Source: Roseateles sp.
GTDB taxonomy: Bacteria > Pseudomonadota > Gammaproteobacteria > Burkholderiales > Burkholderiaceae_C
NCBI GenBank assembly: GCA_016790285.1
Contig: JAEUPJ010000064.1
Span: forward strand, 312 to 64,311
Length of the DNA: 64,000 bases
Direction of reading: 5' to 3'
This document shows positions 38,334 through 46,130 of this stretch, in pieces. The notes beneath the pieces are model-generated. The model saw only the letters and a list, made by a program, of their open reading frames with translations, was not told the DNA's origin and ran no database searches. Position 1 is the stretch's first letter; every line of letters starts with the position of its first letter. A program made the position numbers and the translations under genes.

Positions 38334-40907
38334 TCAATGCCGGGCTTTGCGGCTTCTGTAGGAGGCCAACCACGAGTGCACCGAAGCTTTCGAGACGGCC
38401 GGCAGTGGCGCTGCGGCCTGTGGGTTGATCAGTTGCCGCACGAGCGCGTCCAGCTTGCTGGGCACCAACGGCTTGTTGGCGAGGTAGGCCCGAGCGAGCG
38501 CCGCCTGAGACGTGATGGCGGGGTCCAGATCGCCCGTGATGAGCAGCGCCGGCAGATCGGGCGTCTGCAGCGCTTCGCGCAGGGCGGCGATGGCCTCCAG
38601 GCCCGTCGTGCCGACAAGGTGCAGGTCCGTGATCAGCAGGTCGGGCTTGAACGGCACGCCGGGGGACTCTGCCAGCAGCGCGGGCACGCTGCCGGCGGCG
38701 CGCACGGTGTAGCCCCACGCCACAAGCAGCGCCGTCACGGCGTCGCGAACGTCCATGTCGTCCTCAAGGAGGGCGATCGTGCCGGTGCGCGCTGGCTGCG
38801 TGGCGCTGTCCTCGGCGGGGGCCTGCGCGGGGCTTGCCGCCACACTCAATGGCAGTCGCAGGCTCGCTGCCGTGCCGCCGCCCGGGGGCGAGAAGAGGTG
38901 GAGGTCGTGCCCCAGCAGGTCGGCAGCCCGACGCACGATGGGCAGGCCGATGCCCAGACCTTCGCCAGCCTTGATGGGGTTCAGGCGCACGTAGTCGCGG
39001 AAGGCATGTTCCACCTTCTCGGGCGGGATGCCGGGGCCGCTGTCGCGCACCGTGAGCTGCAAGTCCTCGGATGCGAGGTGCACCTCCACCCGCACGTAGC
39101 CCGTGTCGGTGTACCGGATGGCATTGGAGACGAGGTTGAACAGCATGCGTCGCAGCAGATGGCGGTCTGACACCACATGGCATTGCGCCTGCGCCATTTC
39201 CAGCGTCAAGCCCTTGCGCCGCGCAAGGCTGCCGAAGTGAAGCTGGATGTCATGAAGCACATCTGCCAGCGACACGTCACTGAGGTGGGGTGTGTACTGG
39301 CCACTGTCGAGCCGGCCCAGGTCCATCAGTTCGTCCAGCATCTCCGAGAGCGACGCCGCACTGCGGCGCACGCTCTGCAGCCACTCGCTGAAGCGGTCGG
39401 GATGGGGCTGCACGTCGCTGCCCAGCTCGGTCAACATGCCCAAGGCATGCACCGGCTGCCGCAGGTCGTGGCAGGCGGCGGTGAGCAGGGTGCTGCGCTG
39501 CTTGAGGTCGGCCGTGGCCATGGCCAGCCGTCGGCCACGCCGAACAGCCATGCCGAGCGCGGCTGAAGCGCCCGCGACGCCGCATGCCGCGACCCCGAAG
39601 GCGATGATCCAGCCCCGCTGGCGCGCCGCTTGAAGTTCGGCTTGGCTCTTGAGCTCGGCGTTCTCCTTTTCCTTGGCCGCGACGTGGAGCTTTTCCTGCA
39701 GCTCGACGCGCGCCTTTTCGTTGACCAGCTTCTGCCGTGCCTCCGCGGCCTGGTTGGCGTCCTTGATGGCTTCGAGGGCTGCTTCGTACCTGCCGAATGC
39801 TTCGAGGAATGCGGAGATCTCCAGCTTGGCGGACTGCACGCTCGCGGGGCCGAAGTAGTCGGCGTTCTTCAGCAGCGCCTCCATGTTCCGGACCTCGCGC
39901 ATGCCACTTGAGTAGGCGCTGGACGTGCCCAGCGCCGCATAGATCTCCAGCAGCGTGCGGCTGCGGTACATGCTCACGAGCTTGCTGTTGGTGTGAAAGC
40001 CACGACTTCGGTCAAGCAGGTCCAGCGCTCGCTGCGTTTCGCCGGTTTGCGCGAGGTGGCGGGCAAACAGCGACAGGTAGTAGGCCGAATCCCTCGCACC
40101 CACCACGCCGGAAAGCACGCCTGGCAGGGCGCGCTGCATGTACTGGTGGGCCGCAGCAGTCCGCTTGTCGTTGACGGCGGCGCGGTGCAGCCCGACCACT
40201 TGATGGAGGTACAGGGCTTCGAACTCACGGCTGTCCGTCAGTGCGAGCGCCTGCTGAAACAGCGCTTCAGCGCGGTTGGGTCCCGGTCCGGCGATCCTTT
40301 CAGCCTGGGCCCTGGCCCAGAGCGTATAGGCGCGCTGGAAGTCGGCGATGGCGTAGTCCGCCTGCCTGGCCCGGATCTCGAGCAGCTCGTTGACGCGGCC
40401 CGCGTTCATGGCGGCATAGGCGTGCCCCTCCAGCACGTAGTACATGCGGGCGGGGTCGCCCAGTTCCCGCGCCAGTGCCTCGAGCTCGGCCATGCTCAGG
40501 AACTCCTGGCAATGCGAGCCATTGCCGCTGCCGATGGAGGCGATGGCGAGGTCGAACAGCTCCGCGCGGTACTGCGGGCCCGCCGCGCGCGCGTCCCGCA
40601 GGGACTCGTCGAGGACCTTGCAGTCGGCGGAGTCGTCGTCGATGGCGTAGAAGAATCGCGCGGCGGCGCGCAGCCGCGCGCGAGGGTCCGTGCTGTGCCG
40701 CGTGGCCTCGAATTCGGCGACGGCCTGCGTCTGAAACCGCGCACGGTTGCGGTAGACGTCGGCGTCGTACCCCATCACGAAGCGTTCGCGCCATTCGCGG
40801 TCGATGCGCAGGGGGGCAGTGTCCGCACCCAACGCGCCTGGCGCGATGTACAGCAGGGCCAGGAACCCAATGAACAGGTGGAGGACGGCGCGACGGTGGA
40901 TCGACAT
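38334..40907 (-). CDS. hybrid sensor histidine kinase/response regulator, paralog 4 (subfamily B)
   Basis: 857 aa from ATG 40907 (MSIHRRAVLHLFIGFLAL...). It has IDREWRERFVMGY, the short linker LKQRSTLLTAACHDLRQPVHALGMLTELG, and the tail ...HSWLASYRSRKARH. Confidence 0.9.
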   Translation of the reverse strand: MSIHRRAVLHLFIGFLALLYIAPGALGADTAPLRIDREWRERFVMGYDADVYRNRARFQTQAVAEFEATRHSTDPRARLRAAARFFYAIDDDSADCKVLDESLRDARAAGPQYRAELFDLAIASIGSGNGSHCQEFLSMAELEALARELGDPARMYYVLEGHAYAAMNAGRVNELLEIRARQADYAIADFQRAYTLWARAQAERIAGPGPNRAEALFQQALALTDSREFEALYLHQVVGLHRAAVNDKRTAAAHQYMQRALPGVLSGVVGARDSAYYLSLFARHLAQTGETQRALDLLDRSRGFHTNSKLVSMYRSRTLLEIYAALGTSSAYSSGMREVRNMEALLKNADYFGPASVQSAKLEISAFLEAFGRYEAALEAIKDANQAAEARQKLVNEKARVELQEKLHVAAKEKENAELKSQAELQAARQRGWIIAFGVAACGVAGASAALGMAVRRGRRLAMATADLKQRSTLLTAACHDLRQPVHALGMLTELGSDVQPHPDRFSEWLQSVRRSAASLSEMLDELMDLGRLDSGQYTPHLSDVSLADVLHDIQLHFGSLARRKGLTLEMAQAQCHVVSDRHLLRRMLFNLVSNAIRYTDTGYVRVEVHLASEDLQLTVRDSGPGIPPEKVEHAFRDYVRLNPIKAGEGLGIGLPIVRRAADLLGHDLHLFSPPGGGTAASLRLPLSVAASPAQAPAEDSATQPARTGTIALLEDDMDVRDAVTALLVAWGYTVRAAGSVPALLAESPGVPFKPDLLITDLHLVGTTGLEAIAALREALQTPDLPALLITGDLDPAITSQAALARAYLANKPLVPSKLDALVRQLINPQAAAPLPAVSKASVHSWLASYRSRKARH

Positions 40908-41055
40908 GGCTTGCGGTCCTTTCTGGCAGCGGATGGGGGGTGGGGGCGATGCCTCCGACAACGTGCCTGCGAAGCGGCGTGCCTGGCGTCCAGGGCGGTA
41001 CCCCACGACCCGCTCGCCCCACTCGCCGCACTCGTACATGGCAGGTGGCGCCTAC

Positions 41056-43611
41056 CTATGCATGGCGTTCAGGCCCTGGCCGGGCCGTGTCCACCGAAGG
41101 CGGGCGAATGCAGGACCTGACCAGCTCGGCCAGCTTGCCTGGCGCCAGCGGCTTGTGCGCGAGGCGCACGCCCGCGGCCGCGGCCAGGGGTGCGATCGTG
41201 GTGTCCATGTCGCCCGTGACGAGCAACGCAGGCAGTTCCGGGTCCTGCAGTGCCTCGCGCAGCCGCGCGAGTTCCTCCAAACCGTTGCCGTGGCCCAGGT
41301 GAAGGTCGCTGATGAGCAGCTGCGGCTTGAGCTCATGGACGGCCATCTGGCCCAGCACGGCCTGCACGTCGCTGCCCGTGTGCACCACGTAGCCCCAGCG
41401 GCGCAGCAGCGCCTCCATGGCCTGGCAGACATCGGCGTCGTCTTCCAGCAGCGCGATCACGCCGCCGTTGGGGGGTGGTGCCGCAGGCTCGGCAGCCGCG
41501 GTACTGGCCTGGGGGGCCAGGCTGCAGGGCAGGCGCAGCGATGCCGTGGTGCCCTCGCCGGGGGGCGACACCAGGGCGAGCTCGTGCCCCAGCAGCTCGG
41601 CCGCACGCCGCACGATGGACAGTCCCACGCCCAGCCCCTCGGCCGCCTTGGTGGGATTCAGGCGCACATAGTCGCGAAAGACGTCGTCGAGCCGGTCCGG
41701 TGGGATGCCGGGGCCGGTGTCCTGCACGGTCAAGTGAACGACGTCGCCCTCGCGGTGAACGTTCACGCGAACGACGCCGACGTCGGTGTACTTCACCGCG
41801 TTGGCCACCAGGTTGAAGACGATGCGGCGCAGCAGGTGCCCATCGGACACCACATGACCCTGCGCAGCGGACACCTCCAGCAGCAGCCCCTTGCGTTGCG
41901 CAAGCCCCTGGAAATGCAGTGCCACCTCTTGCAGCAGTTCCGCGAGGGACACATCGCTGATCTGCGGTGTGTACTTGCCGCCGTCCAGCCGGCCCAGGTC
42001 CATCAGCTCGTCGAGCATCTCGCTGAGTGAGCCGGCGCTGCGGCGCACGCTCTGCAGCCACGCGCCGAAGCGGGCGGGCTCGCGTTGGGCGTCCTGGCCG
42101 AGCTCGGCCAGCATGCCCAGGGCGTGGGCGGGTTGGCGCAGGTCGTGGCAGGCGGCCGCCAGCAGCCGGATGCGTGAGGCGCTGCGCTGCTCGAGCTCCG
42201 AGTTGCGCAACTCCAGCTCGGCGGAGACCTTGGTCAGCCGCCGCCCGCGCCGCACGGCCAGGCCGAGTGCCCCACCTGCGGCGGCCACGCCGGCCATGGC
42301 CACCGCGAAGGCCACGATCCAGACGCGCTGGCGTGCCGACTGGAGCTCGGCGTCGGCCCTCAGGCCGGCGTTCTCCTGCTCCTTCGCGGCGACGTTGAGC
42401 TTCTCCTGCAGCTCCACGCGCGCCGTCTCGCTGGCGATGCGCTGCACCGTTTCCGCCGCTTGGATGGCCTCGCGCAGGGCCTTCAGGGCGGCCTCGTAGC
42501 GGCCATGCTTCTGCAGGAACTGGGAGATGACGTTCTTGTACGACTTCACGCGCTGCGGGCCGAAGGTCTCGGTGTCGCGCAGCAGGGTCTCGATGTTGTG
42601 GATCTCCCGCAGCCCTCGCGCGTAGCTGTCCGGCTTCGAGGCTTTGATGAGGATCTCCAGCGTCGCGACGCTGCGCAGCGCATCGAGGGTCTTGCTCGGC
42701 GTGCTGTCTGCCCTGCCGTCGTCCAGCATCGCCAGGGCTTCGTCGTGGCGGCCCATGTGGTTGAGTGCGCGGGCGAAGGCGATCACCTGGAACGCCGAAT
42801 CGCGCGCGCCCATCACGCCGCGCCGCATGCCCGGCTCGGCCGCCTTCATGTGCGCGAGGGCCGCCTTCTGGTCGCCCGCACTGAAGGCGACCCGGAAGGA
42901 AAGCCCCTGAAGCGCCGTCTCCAGCGCAGGGAACTCGCGCGCCGAAACCTTGCCGCGCGCCCGATCCAGCCATTCGCGGGCCCGGTTGTCCTTCGGCTTG
43001 GCCACCAGTTCGGCCTGTGCGACGGTGAGCATCGCGTAGACCTCCTGGAACGGGGCGACTGCGTAGTTCAGCTCCAGCGCATGCAGCGCAATGGCGTCGT
43101 TGTAGCGGTTGGTCCGGTGCAGGCCGATCGCGCGGGCCTCCAGCACGAAGAACTGCCGTGCCGGGTCACCCAGGCGCTGGGCCAGTGCCTCCAGCTCCTC
43201 GATGGGCATCTGCCCGGCGCAAGGCCGGGCGGGCGCATTGCCGGCCACGGCGGCCGCCACGTCGAAGAGGTCCCGCGGCAACTGCGCGGCGACCGACCGC
43301 GCCAGGGCCATGTATTCGTCGATGAGCTGGCAGTCGTCCTGGTCCGCGTCCATGGCCAGGAAGTAGCGGGCCGCGGCCCGCAGGCGCACGACCGTGCTGC
43401 CCTGCGTGCGCGTCGCCTCCAGGGCCTCCAGGGCACGCTTTTGCGCCAGGCCGCGGTCGCGGAAGACGTCGGCGTAGTAGCCCATGACGAACCGTTCGCG
43501 CCATTCCGCGTCGATGGCCGGCGCGGCGGGTTCGGCGCGCACGGTGAAGGCCAGAAGCAACAGGAAGAGTCCAGGCCAGATCCCGGCGCGCTTGCATTCG
43601 CCACCCGACAT
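41056..43611 (-). CDS. hybrid sensor histidine kinase/response regulator, paralog 5 (subfamily A, most divergent sensor domain)
   Basis: 851 aa from ATG 43611 (MSGGECKRAGIWPGLFLLLLAFTVRAEP). It has IDAEWRERFVMGYY and RSASRIRLLAAACHDLRQPAHALGMLAELG, followed by ATPase and REC domains. Confidence 0.9.
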   Translation of the reverse strand: MSGGECKRAGIWPGLFLLLLAFTVRAEPAAPAIDAEWRERFVMGYYADVFRDRGLAQKRALEALEATRTQGSTVVRLRAAARYFLAMDADQDDCQLIDEYMALARSVAAQLPRDLFDVAAAVAGNAPARPCAGQMPIEELEALAQRLGDPARQFFVLEARAIGLHRTNRYNDAIALHALELNYAVAPFQEVYAMLTVAQAELVAKPKDNRAREWLDRARGKVSAREFPALETALQGLSFRVAFSAGDQKAALAHMKAAEPGMRRGVMGARDSAFQVIAFARALNHMGRHDEALAMLDDGRADSTPSKTLDALRSVATLEILIKASKPDSYARGLREIHNIETLLRDTETFGPQRVKSYKNVISQFLQKHGRYEAALKALREAIQAAETVQRIASETARVELQEKLNVAAKEQENAGLRADAELQSARQRVWIVAFAVAMAGVAAAGGALGLAVRRGRRLTKVSAELELRNSELEQRSASRIRLLAAACHDLRQPAHALGMLAELGQDAQREPARFGAWLQSVRRSAGSLSEMLDELMDLGRLDGGKYTPQISDVSLAELLQEVALHFQGLAQRKGLLLEVSAAQGHVVSDGHLLRRIVFNLVANAVKYTDVGVVRVNVHREGDVVHLTVQDTGPGIPPDRLDDVFRDYVRLNPTKAAEGLGVGLSIVRRAAELLGHELALVSPPGEGTTASLRLPCSLAPQASTAAAEPAAPPPNGGVIALLEDDADVCQAMEALLRRWGYVVHTGSDVQAVLGQMAVHELKPQLLISDLHLGHGNGLEELARLREALQDPELPALLVTGDMDTTIAPLAAAAGVRLAHKPLAPGKLAELVRSCIRPPSVDTARPGPERHA

Positions 43612-43767
43612 TGGATGCCCCCTTTCCTTGCCTCGAGATCCCACCGCGGGGTCGCGCCGGAGCGCGTGTCGACTGGCGAGACTCGCACACCAGCGCTGCC
43701 GCCCCCAGTCCTCGAATCGGGTTTGGGGATCTCTTGGAGAAAGTGGCAATGCGTGATATCGCCGGTG

Positions 43768-43805
43768 CAAAAGGAAAGCCCCGGCCGGCGTGAGCCGGTC
43801 GGGGC
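43768..43805 (-). terminator. rho-independent terminator (minus strand) about 270 nt downstream of the PCuAC stop
   Basis: On the minus strand, GCCCCGACCGGC-TCAC-GCCGGCCGGGGC (12-bp stem with one G-T pair) is followed by TTTCCTTTTG. Confidence 0.5.
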
Positions 43806-44049
43806 GCAAGGGCGCCTGACGCCGCCCGGGACGCCACCGAGAGGGGCGTGGGGCTGCGGCGTTCATCACAGCGCAGATGGCCTGGCGGGGCGACACCCGG
43901 AGGTGACGCAGTCGGGGCCCGGATCTTGTGCTTTCGTGGTCGCGGGCGGATCGCGGACCGCCTCGCCAGGGGCCGCAACGTTGCCGGGGGCCATGCACTG
44001 GTGACGGGCTGAATCATCGTCGCGGCCCGGCGTGAACGATGCCGCGATC

Positions 44050-44072
44050 AGCCGGGGCGGGCCCGGCTTTTT
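44050..44072 (+). terminator. plus-strand terminator-like hairpin with no annotated plus-strand gene upstream
   Basis: AGCCGGG-GCGGG-CCCGGCT followed by TTTT, ending 5 nt before the PCuAC stop codon. Confidence 0.35.
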
Positions 44073-44076
44073 CCCG

Positions 44077-44532
44077 TCAGTGGCCGGTCGGCCGGGCGCG
44101 GGCCGGGGCGCGCACGGCCAGCGTCTCCACCTTGCCGCCCTCGCGCTCGATCGTCAGGGTCACCGGCACGGTGTCACCCGCCTTCACGGTGTCCTTCAGG
44201 CCCATCAGCATGACGTGGTAGCCGCCCGGCTTGAGCATCACCACCTGGCCAGCCGGCAGGGGCAGGGCGTTGATGGCGCGCATGCGCATGACGCCGCCGT
44301 CCATGCTCATCTCGTGGACCTCCACGCTGTCCGCCACGGGGGAGCTGCCGCCAACCAGGCGGGCGGCGGTCGGGGATTTCAGCTCGACGAACAGGCCGGT
44401 GGCCTTCTGCCCGGCGACGGTGGCGCGGACCCAGGGGTCGGTGGCGACCGTCTGGGCGCAGGCCGTGCCCGCCGGCAGGGCGGACAGCGCGGCGAGGCTG
44501 AGTGACAGCAGGAGGTGGTGCGTGCGATTCAT
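44077..44532 (-). CDS. periplasmic copper chaperone PCu(A)C (DUF461)
   Basis: Signal peptide. VHEMSMDGGVMRM...GGYHVMLMGL fits the H(M)x10Mx21HxM Cu(I) motif. Confidence 0.85.
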   Translation of the reverse strand: MNRTHHLLLSLSLAALSALPAGTACAQTVATDPWVRATVAGQKATGLFVELKSPTAARLVGGSSPVADSVEVHEMSMDGGVMRMRAINALPLPAGQVVMLKPGGYHVMLMGLKDTVKAGDTVPVTLTIEREGGKVETLAVRAPARARPTGH

Positions 44533-44634
44533 GGGCTTTCCTTGGTGGGGATGAGGGCCGCGGCAGCGAGCGGCTCGCGGTGAGGTTGCGGCGCGGGGGC
44601 CGGACGGGAGCGGGTGGCGGGCAGGCATGGCGCG

Positions 44635-46128
44635 CTATGGGGGCGAAGAACGCCCGCGATGGAACTTGTGCCGCAGCCGCCGCCAGCCCAGCACGACGCC
44701 GGTGCAGGACAGGGCGAGGCCGGCCAGGCTGAAGCCCAGCATCCAGGCGTCCCACGCGGGCCGCGCGTTCAGCAAGACGGGGAGGTCGAAGCTGTGCAGG
44801 AAGGCGAACAGCCAGCGCTCGGCCCGCTGCGGTCGGTTGCTCAGTTGCACCAGGGCGCCGGTGGCCGGGTCGATGACGGCTTCGTGGGCGGCGGGGTCGT
44901 CGAAGTGCAGCCGCAGCGCGGGCAGGGGGCGCTCGCGGTGGCCCGTCATGGTGTGGGGCTCGCGGGCGTAGTAGTGCGCGTCGTAGGCGTGCAGCCACTC
45001 GTGACTCTTGATGCGTGCCTGGGGCAGCAGGGCCTGGGCCGCGGCGGTGTGGGTGGCTTCAGGCAGCGGGGGCAGTGCCTGCCCGTTGGCGTCGACGAGG
45101 AAGCTGGAGGCCGACGTGTGCACGAGCACGACGGGCTGGCCCGCCACGCGACGCCACTCCAGCAGCCGGGGCTCGATGCCCTCGGCCTGCAGCCGCGCGA
45201 GCACGGCGCCGGCCGGCGGTGCGTCGGCCGCCCGCAGCGGGCCGCCGGCGAAGGCGACGCGATCGGGCTTGGGGCCGTCGGCGGTGAAGATCTTCCACGG
45301 GTTCATGGAAAACAGGCCGCTGAGCACCCAGGTCAGCGCGAGCGTGCCGCCGGCCAGGCCCACCAGGTGGTGCCAGCGCATGAGCCCCGTGCGGTAGGGC
45401 GAGCGCGAGCCGGATTTGTACGGCACGCTGAAGCGCCAGCGCCACAGCCCGACGACGAGGCCGCTCAGCGCCAGCACGCCGCCGGCGATGGCCAGCCAGA
45501 TGACGATGTCGGTCCACCAGGCGTCGACAGCGCCCCCGCGGAAGATGTGGAGCCAGTGCAGCCACGCGCCCACCCAGCCCCAGGTGCGCTCGGTGCGGCT
45601 GGCATCGCGCACGACCTCGCCGGTGCGGCTGCTCACGTAGAGCCACCGGCCTGCGGGCTCGTCCACGGCCACCAGCTGAAGCGGGCGGTGGGCGTCGAGC
45701 GCGCGGGAGTGCGTCCAGGCGTCTTCCGTGACCTCGCCGAGCCACTGCACGGGGGCGCCGCCGGCAAACTCCGCCGCGCTCGCCAGGGCGGCGCTGGCTG
45801 GCGTGGGCGGCACGCGCTGGCCGGTGCGTGCGTCGACAGCGGCTGCCGCCTTGCGGCCGTCGCCGAAGACGTAGCGCAGCTCGCCGCCGATGCGCATCAG
45901 CCGCCACTGCGGGGGCTCGCGCAGGCCCGAAGCCGCCAGCGCCTGGGCCAGTGGCACGCAGCAGTCAGGCCCCGCGCGCAGCGGGGCCTGGCCCTGCAGC
46001 TGTTCGGCCGGCGTGAGCTTGGGGTAGCCCACGTACAGCATCACCATGCCCGACAGGAACCACAGCGCCATCACGAGGGCCAGCGCGATGCCGGCCCAGC
46101 GGTGCAGCAGGTAGAGCAGCCGCTTCAT
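44635..46128 (-). CDS. PepSY-associated TM-helix membrane protein (PiuB-like)
   Basis: MKRLLYLLHRWAGIALALVMALWFLSGMVMLY is the typical PepSY_TM start. The LHxW-type helix signature recurs (LHWLHIF, LMRWHHLVG, FAFLHSF). Confidence 0.8.
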   Translation of the reverse strand: MKRLLYLLHRWAGIALALVMALWFLSGMVMLYVGYPKLTPAEQLQGQAPLRAGPDCCVPLAQALAASGLREPPQWRLMRIGGELRYVFGDGRKAAAAVDARTGQRVPPTPASAALASAAEFAGGAPVQWLGEVTEDAWTHSRALDAHRPLQLVAVDEPAGRWLYVSSRTGEVVRDASRTERTWGWVGAWLHWLHIFRGGAVDAWWTDIVIWLAIAGGVLALSGLVVGLWRWRFSVPYKSGSRSPYRTGLMRWHHLVGLAGGTLALTWVLSGLFSMNPWKIFTADGPKPDRVAFAGGPLRAADAPPAGAVLARLQAEGIEPRLLEWRRVAGQPVVLVHTSASSFLVDANGQALPPLPEATHTAAAQALLPQARIKSHEWLHAYDAHYYAREPHTMTGHRERPLPALRLHFDDPAAHEAVIDPATGALVQLSNRPQRAERWLFAFLHSFDLPVLLNARPAWDAWMLGFSLAGLALSCTGVVLGWRRLRHKFHRGRSSPP

Positions 46129-46130
46129 GC

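Larger units (their letters stand above)
30088..43611 (-). repeat. tandem array of five paralogous ~2.6-kb genes (start-to-start period ~2.7-2.8 kb)
   Basis: The start codons lie at 32661, 35479, 38177, 40907 and 43611. The kinase-core DNA blocks are closely similar; for example 31142-31230 and 42107-42195 differ at 3 of 89 positions. Confidence 0.85.

Noticed and set aside
43612-43998. 129-codon N-terminal extension of kinase paralog 5 (and a similar 44-codon extension of paralog 4 at 40908-41039)
   Set aside because: The extensions are Arg/Pro-rich and have no counterpart in the other paralogs. The internal ATGs give signal-peptide-like N-termini that align with the family.
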